From: Mobula hypostoma
Taxonomy: Eukaryota
Direction of reading: 5' to 3'
Length of the DNA stretch: 64,000 bases
Assembly (NCBI RefSeq): GCF_963921235.1
Contig: NC_086108.1
Location: forward strand, 104,534,001 to 104,598,000
Positions 52,136 through 64,000 of this stretch are shown in pieces. The position numbers and the translations under genes were made by a program. Numbering within the stretch: position 1 is the first letter of the stretch; each line of letters begins with the position of its first letter. The notes below the pieces were generated by a model. It searched no databases. It was given only the letters and a program-made list of their open reading frames with translations, and was not told where the DNA came from.

Positions 52136-52176
52136 TCAATAAACCAGGTGAGTTTTTAATGATGAACTTGGATGGC

Positions 52177-52450
52177 CATTTATTTATTTATTGAGATACA
52201 ATGTGGAGTAGGCCCTTCCGGCCCTTTGAGCCACGCCAACTAGCAATCCCCAATTTAACCCTAGCCTAATCACAGGAGAATTTACAATGACCAATTAACC
52301 TACCAACTGGTATGTCTTTGGACTGTGGGAGGAAACTGGAGCACCTGGACGGAGAACATACGAACTTCTTACAGGCAGCTGTGGGAATTGAACCCTGGCT
52401 TGCCTGTACTGTAAAGCGTTGTGCTAACCACTACGCTACCATGCTGCCCC
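52177..52450 (-). mobile_element. tRNA-derived SINE (HE1/V-SINE-like), full length
   Basis: Head GGCAGCATGGTAGCGTAGTGGTTAGC, B box GGGTTCAATTCCC, and (AAAT)n tail. Confidence 0.75.
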
Positions 52451-52615
52451 ATATATTAGCAATACAGAATTTTTATTCCATATAAAATGGGCACTGGGTG
52501 CATTCCACTCTATTTTTCGATGTACACGTGGCAATTAAAGTTAATCTTATATCTTAGCTTCTCATCACCCAGATCCTTTAAATGTATTTGCCCATCTGTT
52601 CTGTGAAAGAATTAC

Positions 52616-52706
52616 CTGGCAGTGAGCTGAGATTCGAGATGAATGGTACTGTTGAGGACGCGAGACAATGTTGTGTTGGAAAGGGATGGAATGAACTTTG
52701 CCTTGG
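52616..52706 (-). CDS. vtg: Vitellogenin exon: AKAKFIPSLSNTTLSRVLNSTIHLESQLTAS
   Basis: Acceptor cttcccacag|, donor |gtaatt, 91 nt, phase 1 to 2. It exactly bridges the neighbouring exons and is not in the ORF track. Confidence 0.88.
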
Positions 52707-52859
52707 CTGTGGGAAGAGCAAGACAATGGTTATTTAGTTCATAAGCCCTTCTTCTCCCCTTCTGATCAAATAAATGTTGCTTTTTGGAATCCTGGAATAA
52801 ATGATGGGAGTGTTAGATGTACACAATAGGTCAGTCCCGTAGGAAAGATTTGCAAATCA

Positions 52860-53690
52860 TAAACACAAGAGATTTTGCAGATGCTGGGAATCTAGAGCAC
52901 CACACACAAAATGCTGGAGGAACTCAGCAGGTCAGGCAGCATTGATGGAGATGAATAAACAGTCGATTTTTTGGGCTGAGACCCTTCTTCAGGACTAAGA
53001 AGGAAGGGGGAAAGATGATAAAACAAAAAAGTGGGTTGGAGGGGAAGAAGGCTGGCTGGAAGGAAATAGGTGAAGCCAGGTGGGTAGGAAAGGTCAAGGA
53101 CTAGAGAAGTAAGAATCTGATAGGAGAGTAGAGTGGACAATAGGAGAAAGGGAAGGAGGTGAGAACCCGGGTAAGTAATAGGAGGGTGAGAAGAAGAGAA
53201 AGATCGTAGTGGGGAATAGGTGGGGAGGGTGGGATTTGTTCACAGGAAGAGGAAATCAATATTCTGTCATCAGGTTGGAAGTACCCAGATGGAATCTAAG
53301 GTGTTGCTCCTCCACCCTGAGGGTGACCTCATCATGTCACAAGAGGAGGTCGTGGACCGGCGAATCGGAAGGGGAATGGGAACTGGAATTAAAATGATTG
53401 GCCTTTGGTGAATTCCACTTGTGGTGGATGGAGCAGAAGTGGTTGATGAGACGGTCCCTCCAATTTATGACGGGCCTTACCAACATAGTGGAGTCCGTAT
53501 CAGGAGCACTGGACACAATAGACGACCCCAGCAGATTTGCAACTCCTGGAAGGACTGTTTGGGGCCCTGAATGGAAGAGATGAAGGAGGTGTATGAGCAG
53601 TGTAGCACTTAAGCCACTTGCAGGGATAAGTGCCGGGAGGGAAGTTCGTGGGGAGGGATGAATGGACAAGGAAATCGTGGGAGGATCAAG
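52860..53690 (-). mobile_element. Degenerate Penelope-like element 3' fragment
   Basis: GIY-YIG remnant (ANHFNSSSHS), pyrimidine tract, and a pLTR with a decayed hammerhead motif. Confidence 0.75.
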
Positions 53691-54250
53691 GTTTCATATT
53701 CATTGTATAAGAGGTCCATTCAGAGTCTTCTAGAAGTTGTCATCAAGTCTGATGATACATGTTCTCAACTTTAGTATCTTCTGCCTGGTGGGATGGGCTA
53801 GAGGAGAGAATGACTGGGGAAAAAGCTGAGTCACTTATTGTAATGAGATCTTTGCCATATTTCAAGTACCCCCATTAGTCTACGTACTGATCACGTCTGC
53901 ATCTAATGGCAATTCAGTGAAAATGAGCTAGTGACATGATTGGTGACAGATTGATTGAAAATCCTACAGTTTCTTGAGGCATGGTACATCACCATTTTCT
54001 CAAGGGCAAGTAAGTAGGGGCAAGAAATGCTGGCCTTCCATTGCAGGAACTCTGCAAGTCACACAGCATCTGTGGCAGAAAAGAGCGGTTGACATTTTGG
54101 TCGAAAACCTGCAGTTCCTGATTCTCTATTTCTCCAGATTCTGGCACCTGTAGTCAATTGTATCTGCAATACTCTCAGTTTTATTTCTCTGGCACTTATT
54201 TCCAAACCTTATTTCAAAGACTTTGCTGTAAATGCCCAAGGGATAATTAC

Positions 54251-54440
54251 CGTGTGCTTGTACAACTGACACAGTAGTGTAATAGAAGGCCAGCTCCAAG
54301 GGGAGACCAAGTGATGTTGGCACCATGTGTCGAACCTCAGATACCAGCAAGGATTTGGTACATTTCATTGAAATCCCACGTTGAAGATGGTTGATAATTT
54401 TCCTGAGAAGTCCATCCAGTTTTCCTTGGTTGCTAATCAT
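54251..54440 (-). CDS. vtg: Vitellogenin exon (lipovitellin I): MISNQGKLDGLLRK...EVRHMVPTSLGLPLELAFYYTTVSVVQAH
   Basis: Acceptor tttattgcag|, donor |gtaatt, 190 nt, phase 0 to 1. The EVRH..PT.LGLP.EL motif is typical of vitellogenin. Confidence 0.92.
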
Positions 54441-55518
54441 CTGCAATAAAGGAAACCGAGGCAAAAGTGAGTGACCTCGCTCAATCCTTATACAGTCGAT
54501 GACATGAGAGAGAGGGAATCCCTAGCTGGGGAATTCTTGCTTCCTGTCGCACTTGTGAATGGAAGCAAATGGATTGAGTGAACAAAGGTCAAAATAGACA
54601 CAAGAGGCTCTATGCTGGGATTCCAGGCTCCAGAAGTAGTAAGGAATTTTAGATCTGGATCCTTATTCAGGAGGAGAAGATGGCAGCGTGTCGCGCGTGC
54701 GCAGCTCTCCTGTGAAAATGATGTCGTATCCGTTAAATAGGGGCCGTGGACAATTCTGATTTGATGGAGAATGGACGTGAAAGCACAGAGGAACATCTGG
54801 AGAAATTTCTGAAATGCTCGTTCGCTGCTGTTGTTACTGTGTGGTCGTGAATCTTTCGGAGGGTAGGTCTCAAAATCCCCAGCCTTGCCTGCTTTTGGCG
54901 ACCGAGAAGGAGGTTGAATCGTTTGGACAGAGATGGCGCTCAGTACTTGGTGTTGGAGAGCTGATCAGAGCTCAAAGTTTTCGGATGACTCAGAGTCGGA
55001 TTGTGGTCAGCATGGCAGGGAGAGTTTTTCTTCCTTCTCCCGTCTGCGTGAGATGTGGGACATTTGAGAAACTTTGAACTTTACTGTGCTCATGGACTTC
55101 TTCATCAAGTTATGGTATTTTTACACTGTTTGTAACTATATGTTATAATTATGTGGTTTTCTTTTCTTTTTAAATCTTTTTATTGAGTAAGTATACAAAA
55201 AAGGTAAGCCATATAAACATTAATACAATGTTAAAGTATAATAAAATTCCAAAAGATATCAATACCAAAAAGAAATTACTACAAACAATGTAATTTAAAC
55301 ATAAGAAACCAAGATAACATAATAGTATACTAAATTTTATATATATCAATGGAAAGAAAAAGAAACCCCCCCCCCCAAAAAAAACCCCACCGTGCAGCTA
55401 ACTAAAAGCAAAGCAAAGCAATGGGCTAACTTGAAACCAAACAGAGTTAAACTTAAAATCACGTCCTCAATCCCGACCTCCATTAAAAACAGTGAAAAAA
55501 AAACAAGAAGGGTAAATA

Positions 55519-58500
55519 TTACATTAAATGAAAATATCGAATAAAAGGTCCCCAAATCTGTTCAAATTTAAATGAAGAATCATAAAGGTTACTTCTAATT
55601 TTCTCCAAATTCAAACATAAAATCGTCTGAGAAAACCAAAAAAAGGTAGTTGGAGCATTAAGCTCTTTCCAATGTTGTAAAATACATCTTTTCGCCATTA
55701 AAGTAAGAAATGCAATCATTCTACGGGCTGAAGGGGAAAGATTACTAGAAATTTTAGGTAGTCCAAAGATAGCAGTAATAGGGTGAGGAGAGATATCTAT
55801 ATTTAATACCTTAGAAATAATATTGAAAATATCTCTCCAAAAAGTTTCCAAAGCAGGGCAAGACCAAAACATATGAGTTAAAGAGGCTATCTGCCCCGAA
55901 CATCTATCACAGAAAGGATTAATATGCGAGTAAAAACGCGCTAACTTATCTTTGGACATATGTGCTCTATGAACCACTTTAAATTGAATTAGGGAATGTT
56001 TAGCACAAATAGAGGAAGTATTAACTAATTGTAAAATCTGCCCCCAATCATCCACAGAAATGGTAAGCCCCAATTCCTGTTCCCAATCTACCCTAATCTT
56101 ATCAAATGGAGCTTTCCTAAGTTTCATAATAATATTATAAATCATAGCCGATGCACCTTTCTGACATGGATTAAGGTTAATTATCGAATCTAAAATATAT
56201 GTAGGAGGAAGCATTGGAAAGGAAGAAAGTATAGTACTTAGGAAATTTCTAACTTGTAAATATCTAAAAAAATGTATTCTTGATAAGTTATATTTATTAG
56301 ATAATTGTTCAAAAGACATAAGGGAACCATCTAAAAATAAATCCAAAAACCGTAAAATACCCTTAGTCTTCCAAGTTTGAAAAGCGCGATCCGTAAAAGA
56401 GGGAGGAAAAAATATGTTACCTAAAATAGGAATCGCTAACCCGAATTGATTAAGATCAAAAAATTTTCTGAATTGAAACCAAATGCGCAAAGCATATTTA
56501 ACTATCGGGTTAGAGACCTGCTTAAGACGTTTCGAATCAAAAGGGAGAGAGGAGCCTAAAATAGAACCAAGTGTATAACCCTGAACCGATTGTAATTCCA
56601 ATGCTACCCATTTAGGAATAGATAGTATGTCCTGGTCAAGTAACCAAAATTTCATATGTCGAATATTAATAGCCCAATAATAGAATCTAAAGTTAGGTAA
56701 TGCTAAACCTCCATCTCTCTTAGCTTTCTGTAAATGTATTTTACCCAGTCTCGGATTCTTATTCTGCCAAATAAATGAAGAAATTTTAGAGTCAACTTTA
56801 TCAAAAAAAGATTTTGGAACGAAAATTGGTAATGCCTGAAACACATATAAAAATTTTGGCAAAAAAAACATCTTAACCGCATTAATACGACCAATCAAAG
56901 TTAAATATAAAGGAAACCATTTAGATGAAAGTTGAGTAATATGGTCTATTAATGGTAAAAAGTTAGTCTTAAATAAATCTTTGTATTTACAAGTAATTTT
57001 AATCCCAAGATATGAAAAGTAATTATTAATCAATTTAAATGGAAATTTATAATATAGGGGAAGATGTTTATTAATCGGAAAAAGTTCACTCTTACTAAGA
57101 TTTAATTTATAACCTGAGAAAAGACCAAATTGTGCTAATAACTCTAAAACAGCAGGAATGGATCTCTCAGGATTAGAGATATATAAAAGTAAATCATCAG
57201 CATAGAGTGATAATTTATGGGACTTTAATCCCCGAGTTATCCCAGTAATATTTGAAGATTCTCGAATAGCAATTGCAAGAGGTTCTAATGCAATATCAAA
57301 TAATAGGGGACTAAGAGGACAGCCTTGTCGAGTACCACGAAAGAGAGGAAAAAAAGGTGAGTTTAAAGAGTTAGTACGAACCGAGGCTACAGGGGAGTGA
57401 TATAACAGTTTAATCCAGGATATAAATCTCAAGCTAAAATTAAACATTTCAAGCACCTTAAATAAATAAGGCCATTCTACTCTATCAAAAGCTTTCTCGG
57501 CATCTAAAGAAATAACACACTCAGGAACATTTTGTGAGGGAGTATAAACGATATTTAACAATGTACGAATATTATAAAAAGAGTAACGACCTTTAATAAA
57601 ACCTGTTTGGTCCTCCGAAATAATAGAAGGAAGTACTTTTTCTAGTCTATTTGCTAATAACTTAGAAAAAACTTTAGAATCAACATTTAATAAAGATATT
57701 GGTCTATAAGATGCACATTGAGCAGGGTCTTTATCCTTCTTTAGTATTAGAGAAATTGATGCTCTATTAAAAGATTCAGGAAGTTTACCAAGTTTCAAAG
57801 AAGCCTCAAAAACCCTACCGAGCCAAGGAATCAATAAAGAAGCAAAACATTTATAAAATTCAACGGTAAACCCATCAGGGCCAGGAGCTTTCCCCAGATT
57901 CATAGAAAAAATAACATTCTTAATCTCATCCATTGTAATGGAAGTATCTAATAAGGAAGACATATCCTGTGAAATCTGAGGGAAGTCTAACTTATCTAAA
58001 AAATCATTCATATATTTAGAATCTCGAGGAGACTCTGATTGATATAAAGAAGAATAAAAATCACAAAAGGTTTGGTTAATCCCCACATGATCCAGTATCA
58101 ATCGATCATTTTGGTTATAAATCTGATTGATTTGAGATTTAACATAATTAGATTTCAATTGATTAGCCAGCAGCTTGCCAATTTTGTCACTGTGAACATA
58201 AAAGTCACTTCTTGTTTTCTTTAATTGGTTTACAATCGAGGACGAGAGTAGTAAACTGTGTTCCATTTGAAGTTCAGTTCTTTGTTTATATAACTCCTCA
58301 GAAGGAGCCATAACATATTTCTTATCAATTTCTTTAATCTTGTCCACAATTACCATCTCCTCCTGCTTCTGTTTCTTCCTCAAAGCAACAGAATACGAAA
58401 TAATCTGACCCCGAATATAGGCTTTAAAAGTGTCCCAAAGAGTGTTAACCGAAATATCTTCTGTATGGTTAATTGTAAAAAAAAGCTCAATCTGTTCATT

Positions 58501-59295
58501 CATAAAATTAACAAAGTCCGAGTCCTGAAGCAACAGCGAATTAAAACGCCATTGTCTATTATTCGGTATATTGGCCATAATTTTAATAGAAAGCTTAAGT
58601 GGAGCATGATCCGAAATGGTTATAGAATCATAATCACATTTAATCACTGAAGGAATAAGACGAGAATCAATGAAAAAATAATCAATTCTTGAATAGGAAT
58701 GATGAACATGTGAAAAGAAGGAAAAATCTTTTTCCTGAGGATGCAGAAAACGCCAAATGTCCGTCGACCCAGAATCAGAAAGGAAAAAATTAATCAGATT
58801 TGCAGATTTATTAGGTAAAGTCCGTAAAGGAGCCGAACGGTCCAAAGCTGGAGACAAACAGGTATTAAGATCTCCACCTCAGATCAATGAAAACTCGTTC
58901 AAATTCGGAAACTGATCGAACAATGATTTATAAAATTCCGGACAATCCATATTAGGAGCATAAACATTAACCAAAACTACTTTTTTATTAAATAGTAAAC
59001 CACTAACCAATAAAAATCTACCATTCGGATCAGAAATAATATCCTGTTGTATAAAAGTAACTGAGGAATCTATAAAAATAGAGACGCCTCGAATCTTAGC
59101 ATTGGAGTTCAAATGAAATTGTTGTCCCTTCCAGAATTTGAAAAAACGTAGTCTGTCCCCCCTCCGTACATGGGTCTCTTGTAAAAATAAAATTTGTGCT
59201 TTAAGTCTCCGGAACACTTTAAAAACTTTTTTCCTTTTAATAGGATGATTAAGACCATTAGTATTCCAGGAGACAAAATTAATAATAGACTCCAT
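55519..59295 (-). pseudogene. L1 ORF2 (APE endonuclease, RT, Cys/His knuckle) with one premature stop
   Basis: Motifs SWNTNGLN, LQETH, GDLN, SRIDYFF, SDHAP, QGCPLSP, YADD and CDRC..HMFWSC. A single TGA at 58879-58881 (SLI*GGDLN) is probably a mutated TGG. Confidence 0.92.
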
Positions 59296-60016
59296 AAATC
59301 CTAAAGTCAACCCACAACAAGGAGGATTGACGATAGGCGCGACCCACAAACCCGGAGAGGAAACAGAACATACAAAAGATACCGGGAAAAAGGACGCAAC
59401 CAGTACTTCAATAATGTATATAGCCCAAAGAGAAACAAACTAAAACGTGAAGCCCCTCCCACCACCCCCCACCCCAAGACCCCAAGGCAAAATCTAAAGC
59501 AGACCCGCCAGAAAGAAGCAAGCGCTAAAACTACCCCCATGACTTCCGGTATACGCTCCCTAAAAAAAAAGGTATAAATATGAAAAAGGATCAGCTAATT
59601 GTAAAACAGTAAAAAAGTAAAAAAAAAGGTAGCTCAATTAAAATACACACAGAACAGAACAAAAGCCGGAAAATATATATTAAAAAAAAAACCACAATAA
59701 ACCTCAAACCCATGAATAGACACAGCAACAAGAAACAATAAGATTATTGACATAAAGTGGTTATAAAAAGCAAAACAGAATAAAATTTAAAAAAAACTAC
59801 AAAATTTAAGGCCACACAGGAAATACGTAAGATGACAAAAGGGAAGTAACCACCCAGAATCCCCTGGGAAAAGAAAGAAATGACGCAGTTAAAAAGAAAG
59901 TTTAGCAACCATATTAAGAAATCAAAAGTAAACTTTTCTGCCCAAATAGGGCACGAAAAAGTTAAAACCAACCAATTCACAGCCTCCGATCAACGGAGAT
60001 AATTAAAAAAAAGCAA

Positions 60017-60917
60017 TTAAGATGTTGAAGATGAAAGTTGATCCAGATAACTCTGGGCATCCGATGGAGAATCAAAAAAACGAAGGGCTCCATCTAACAT
60101 GCGAATCATTAGACGTGCAGGGTACAGCAGCGCTGGTCTTAAATCCATCTTATAGAATTCCGACATCACGGATCTGTAACGAACCCGTTGGTCCCAGATT
60201 GGTTTACTGAAATCTTCCACGAATCGGAACCTAAGATCCGAAAAATCAATGAAACCTTTAGATCGAGCGAATCGAAACAGTCTCTCCTTGTCTTGAAAAT
60301 AATGAAAACGTAAAATAACATGCCTAGGTCTATCTGACCTAGACGAATATGATGGGATTCTGTGAACACGATCCAGAAGCGGTGGTTGGTCAGAAAATAC
60401 AGTAGGGAATGCATCTTTTAAAAGTTGAGAAAAATATTTCATGGGATTGTTGGATTCCACGGCTTCCCTCACGCCAATCATTCGTAAAATTCTGCCGTCG
60501 CATTCTAGATTCCAGGTCAGAGTTTTTAAAAGTCAAAAAGTCAAGTTTCTTCTTCATTACATTAATTGTTTCTTCGATTTTCCCCATCTTAAGCTCACTT
60601 TGTTGCGCGAATTTTTGAAGATCAGATATAGCCGACTGATGTTCCGCAATACATGTTTGCATCTTATCAATTAAATCGGCAATTTTCTGGAAATTAGTTG
60701 AGATTTCCGTATGAATCAGGTCTTTAACAGAGCCTGCAATTTCCGTACGAATCATCTCCCTAACAGAGGTTGAAATTTCCCTCTGAATTAACTCCGATAT
60801 CGCTTTCAAAGTCACCGGTGATTCAGTCGGGGGGAGATCCGTAGCTTTCGGTTTGACCGGAGGTTTACCATCCTTGCCGTTTTTCCCGTTCTTAGACATA
60901 GCAGATCTAAGTTCCAT
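60017..60917 (-). pseudogene. L1 ORF1 (coiled coil + RRM/CTD) with one +1 frameshift
   Basis: DLESRMRRQN|LRMIGV.E, LDRVHR, PRHVILRF and LYPARL. There is an extra T in the run at 60486-60489. Confidence 0.9.
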
Positions 60918-61309
60918 CCAATTGTCGGAGAATTCAGTTTAATTCAAAGTATTGTAAGAATTGATGCCTTAATGGTTAATTAAAGTATAGCTGACCATAG
61001 AGAAAAAAAACTCAGAGGTAATGGAGCGAGTCAAGAACGCGACTTCACTCCATGAGCGCTACCGGAAGTCTCCCATAATTATGTGGTTTTGTCAGTTTTT
61101 TCAGTCTTGGTTTGTCCTGTGTTTTGTGATATCACACCGGAGGAAATAATGTATCATTTCTTAATGCTTGCATTACTAAATGACAATTAAAGAGGACTAC
61201 ATGTCTTCATAATCATATCATAACTAGGGGATGGTTGGGAAAACATACAGTAGATCATTGCTTGAGCGATCATCAAAGTGGGAGATGTCAGATTTTGCAA
61301 TCACTTTGG

Positions 61310-61720
61310 AAAAGCCTACACTGGTGACCGTCCCGCACTTCTCCTACGCTACATCGATGACTGCATTGGTGCTGCTTCCTGCATCCGTGCTGAACTTGTT
61401 GATTTATTCACTTTGCCTCCAACTTCCACCCTACCTTCAAATTTACCTGGTCCATTTTCGACACTTCCCTCCCCTTTCTCGATCTTACTGTCTCTATCGC
61501 TGGAGACAGCTTATCCACTGATGTCTATTATAAACCCACGGACTCTCACAGCTACCTGGGCGATACCTCTTCCCACCCTATTACTTGTAAAAACATCAGG
61601 CCCTTCTCTCAATTCCTCTATCTCCACTGCATCTGCTCTCAGGATGATGCTTTTCATTCTAGAAGAAAGGAAATATCCTCCTTTTTCAAAGAAAGGTGCT
61701 TCCCTTCCTCCACCATGAAC
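61310..61720 (+). mobile_element. Penelope-like RT fragment
   Basis: LLRYIDDCIGAASC, then frameshifted LPFLDL and YYKPTDSHSYL. Confidence 0.8.
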
Positions 61721-61844
61721 ACTATAATATTGTATTTCTTGGAAAAGTATCCCTGGAACATACTGCAAGAATACTAATCAGCTGTCCAGTGGCTCTATAA
61801 TATCACCAACCAAGGCCTGCATAGAGATCTAGAACACAGAATGG

Positions 61845-62388
61845 ACTCTCAGTGACCACTTTACCTCTTGTAATGAATAAAGTGATCACTAAGTTTCTGC
61901 TCATGGTCTTCTGCTGCTGTAGCCCATCCACTTCAAGGTTCAATGTGTTGTGCATTCAACAACGTTCTTCTGCACACCCCTGCAGTAACGCGTGGTTACT
62001 TGAGTTACTGATGTCTTCCGGTCAGCTTGAACCAGTATGGCCATTCTTTGCTGACCTCTCTCATTAACATGGTGTTTTTGCCCACAGAACTGCTACTCAC
62101 TGCATGTTTTTTTCTGGTTTTCACACCATGTTCTATAAACTCCTGAGACCATTGCGCATGAAAATCCCAGGAGATCAGCAGTTACTGAGATATTCAAACC
62201 ACCCGGTCTGGCACCAACAATCATTCCATGGTCAAACTAATTTATATCTCTGTTTTTTTCTCCGTTCTGTTGTTTGGTCTGAACAACTGAACCTCTTGAC
62301 CACGTCTGCAAGCTTTGATTGACTGAATACATATTTGCGTAATGAACAGATGCACAGGTGTGCCTAATAAAGTGACCTCTGAGTGTAG
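61845..62388. mobile_element. Tc1/mariner-like non-autonomous element
   Basis: Inverted termini CTCAGTGACCACTTTA / TAAAGTGACCTCTGAGTGTA. Confidence 0.65.
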
Positions 62389-62389
62389 A

Positions 62390-63995
62390 ACAGTATGACA
62401 CAGTACGGGTCATTTGGCTCACGATGTCATGCTGACATTTTAACCTATTCCAAGGTCAACATGATGCTTCTCCCTCACACAACCCTCCATTTTTCTGTTA
62501 TCCATGAGCCTCTCTAAGAGTTTCTTAAATGTCCCTAATGTCTCTACCAGCACACCTGGCAGGATATTCCATTCACTTGCCACTCTCTGTGTAGAAAACC
62601 TACCTCTGACATCTGTCCCCCATACTTTCCTCCATCACCTTAAACTTACACCCATTCATGTTAGCCAATGCTGCCCCGGGAAGAAGGGACTGGCTAGTTA
62701 CTCAATCTATGCCTCTTATCATCTTGTATGCCTCTATCAAGTCACCTCTCATGCTCCTTCACTCCAAAGAGAAAAACCCTAATTTGCTCAACGGTTCCTC
62801 ATTAGACATGCTCTCTAATCCAGGCAGCATCCTGGTAAATCTCCTCAGAACCCTTTCTAAAGCTTCCACATCCTTCCTATAATGAGATGACCAGAACCGA
62901 ACACAATGCTCCAAGTGTAGCTTCACTGAAACATTACCTCACAGCCCTTGAACTCAATCCCCCAACTAATGAAGGCCAACACATCATTCACCTTTTTAAT
63001 CACCCTATGAACTTGCATTGCAACCCTGCAGGATCTATGGATGTGCATCTCAAGATCCCTCTGTTCCCCTACACTGCTAAAAATCCTCCCATTAATTCTA
63101 TAATCTGTATCATTAACCTGACACCATTATAAATGAAGACCCTATCAACCTCTACTTTAAATATACCGAATGACTTGCCGTCTATGGACATCTGTGGCAA
63201 TGAACTCCACAGATTCACCACCCTTTGGCTAAAGGAATTCCTCTTTATCTCTGTTCTAAATGGATTTCCTGTATTCTGAGGCGGTGCCTTCTGGTTCTAG
63301 ACTCCTCCTCTGTAGGAAACATCCTCTCCACATCCATCCTATCCTATCCTATTCTCCTGCCTTCTCCCCATAGCTTTTAATGCCTTTACTAATCAAGAAT
63401 CTACCAGCCTCCACTTTAAATATGACTTGATCTTCAAAGCCGTCTGCAGCATTGAATTCACATATTCACCAGGCTCTCGTTAAAACAAAATCCTTTTCAT
63501 CTCTGTTTGAAAAGGACATTCTTGTATTCTGGGAATCTCTGGTCCTAGACTTCCCCGCTGTTGGAAACATCCTCCTGTCAAGCCTGCACAGGCAGGCACC
63601 TCCCAGTCTCCACCCAGCAAATAGGATTCACCTGCCACTGGTTTCCAGCTCATCACCTGCAGCCCATTTAACAGCCTTTGTTCCATGAACCAGATGCTTT
63701 TCGCCTTTGGTTACCCTTGTTGTGTTAAGTATCTGCTCCCTTTTGTTTTGTAGCCTCTCGTGGCTTGTTATTTTTGTAGTTTATTACTAAAATATTGTTC
63801 ACTGCTAAATCCCCTCCAGTGCCCTGCTTTTGGGTCAAATCCTTCTACATTTTCCGACACGTCTTCAAGTTCACTCTATCTAAGCCTTTCAATACTTGGT
63901 AGGATTCCTCCCCATTCCTCTAAACTCCTGCAAGTACAGGGCCAGAGCAATTTAACATTCCTCATACATTAACTGTTTCTTTTCCAGGATTATTT
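62390..63995 (-). mobile_element. Cluster of degenerate CR1 3' fragments
   Basis: Repeated CR1 ORF2 C-terminal and 3'UTR segments on the minus strand. Confidence 0.7.
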
Positions 63996-64000
63996 TCAGA

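Larger units (their letters stand above)
13..54440 (-). pseudogene. vtg: Vitellogenin gene, partial (13 internal exons); candidate pseudogene because of two in-frame stops in the phosvitin exon
   Basis: Manually spliced exons: 54440-54251, 52706-52616, 47450-47265, 45084-44943, 44860-44641, 38683-38496, 25970-24909, 20263-20150, 18123-17911, 15732-15590, 15495-15357, 13156-13027, 190-13. All have AG/GT boundaries with matching phases (0,1,2,2,0,1,0,0,0,0,2,0,1,2). Peptides follow the vertebrate vitellogenin order LV1-phosvitin-LV2-vWD. Gene identity is high confidence; pseudogene status is moderate. Confidence 0.75.
55161..61074 (-). mobile_element. Full-length L1 retrotransposon (5.9 kb), near intact
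   Basis: Perfect 16-bp TSD ataattatgtggtttt (55145-55160 / 61075-61090). It has a 5' end GGGAGACTTCCGG, ORF1, a spacer of about 720 bp, ORF2, AATAAA at 55179-55184 and an A-rich tail. Confidence 0.95.
54670..61215 (+). mobile_element. Unclassified short interspersed repeat (54670-55160 and 61075-61215) that hosts the L1
   Basis: GC-rich start AAGATGGCAGCG and an AT-rich 3' part continuing across the L1 TSD, ending in a short repeated tail. Confidence 0.45.

Noticed and set aside
52380..52450. tRNA gene
   Set aside because: The A and B boxes belong to a multi-copy SINE head with a SINE body and tail.
54488..54796. ORF containing EPLVSI as the preceding vitellogenin exon
   Set aside because: It lacks the expected downstream FGQE-like motif and a good donor, and it overlaps a repeat. 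No upstream exon was found in 54441-64000.

Overview
This is eukaryotic DNA from a vertebrate. The repeat content (CR1, L1/Tx1, Rex/Babar, Penelope, HE1-type tRNA SINEs) suggests a cartilaginous fish, probably a ray; this is inferred from the repeats only. Positions 13-54440 lie inside one vitellogenin gene on the minus strand, and the rest of the window is probably an intron of the same gene. I reconstructed 13 consecutive phase-compatible exons with canonical AG/GT sites: the end of lipovitellin I, phosvitin, lipovitellin II and the start of the vWD domain. Both ends of the gene lie outside the window. Twelve exons are open, but the 1062-nt phosvitin exon contains two in-frame stops (TGA at 25491-25493, TAG at 24936-24938). 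The gene is therefore either a young pseudogene or makes a transcript that skips this symmetric exon. The introns are dominated by nested transposons. These include a near-intact full-length L1 with a 16-bp target-site duplication (TSD), young CR1 copies, two hAT/Charlie elements, a solo LTR and a CR1-derived minisatellite. There are also five palindromic Penelope-derived insertions with 13-16 bp TSDs and hammerhead-ribozyme motifs.
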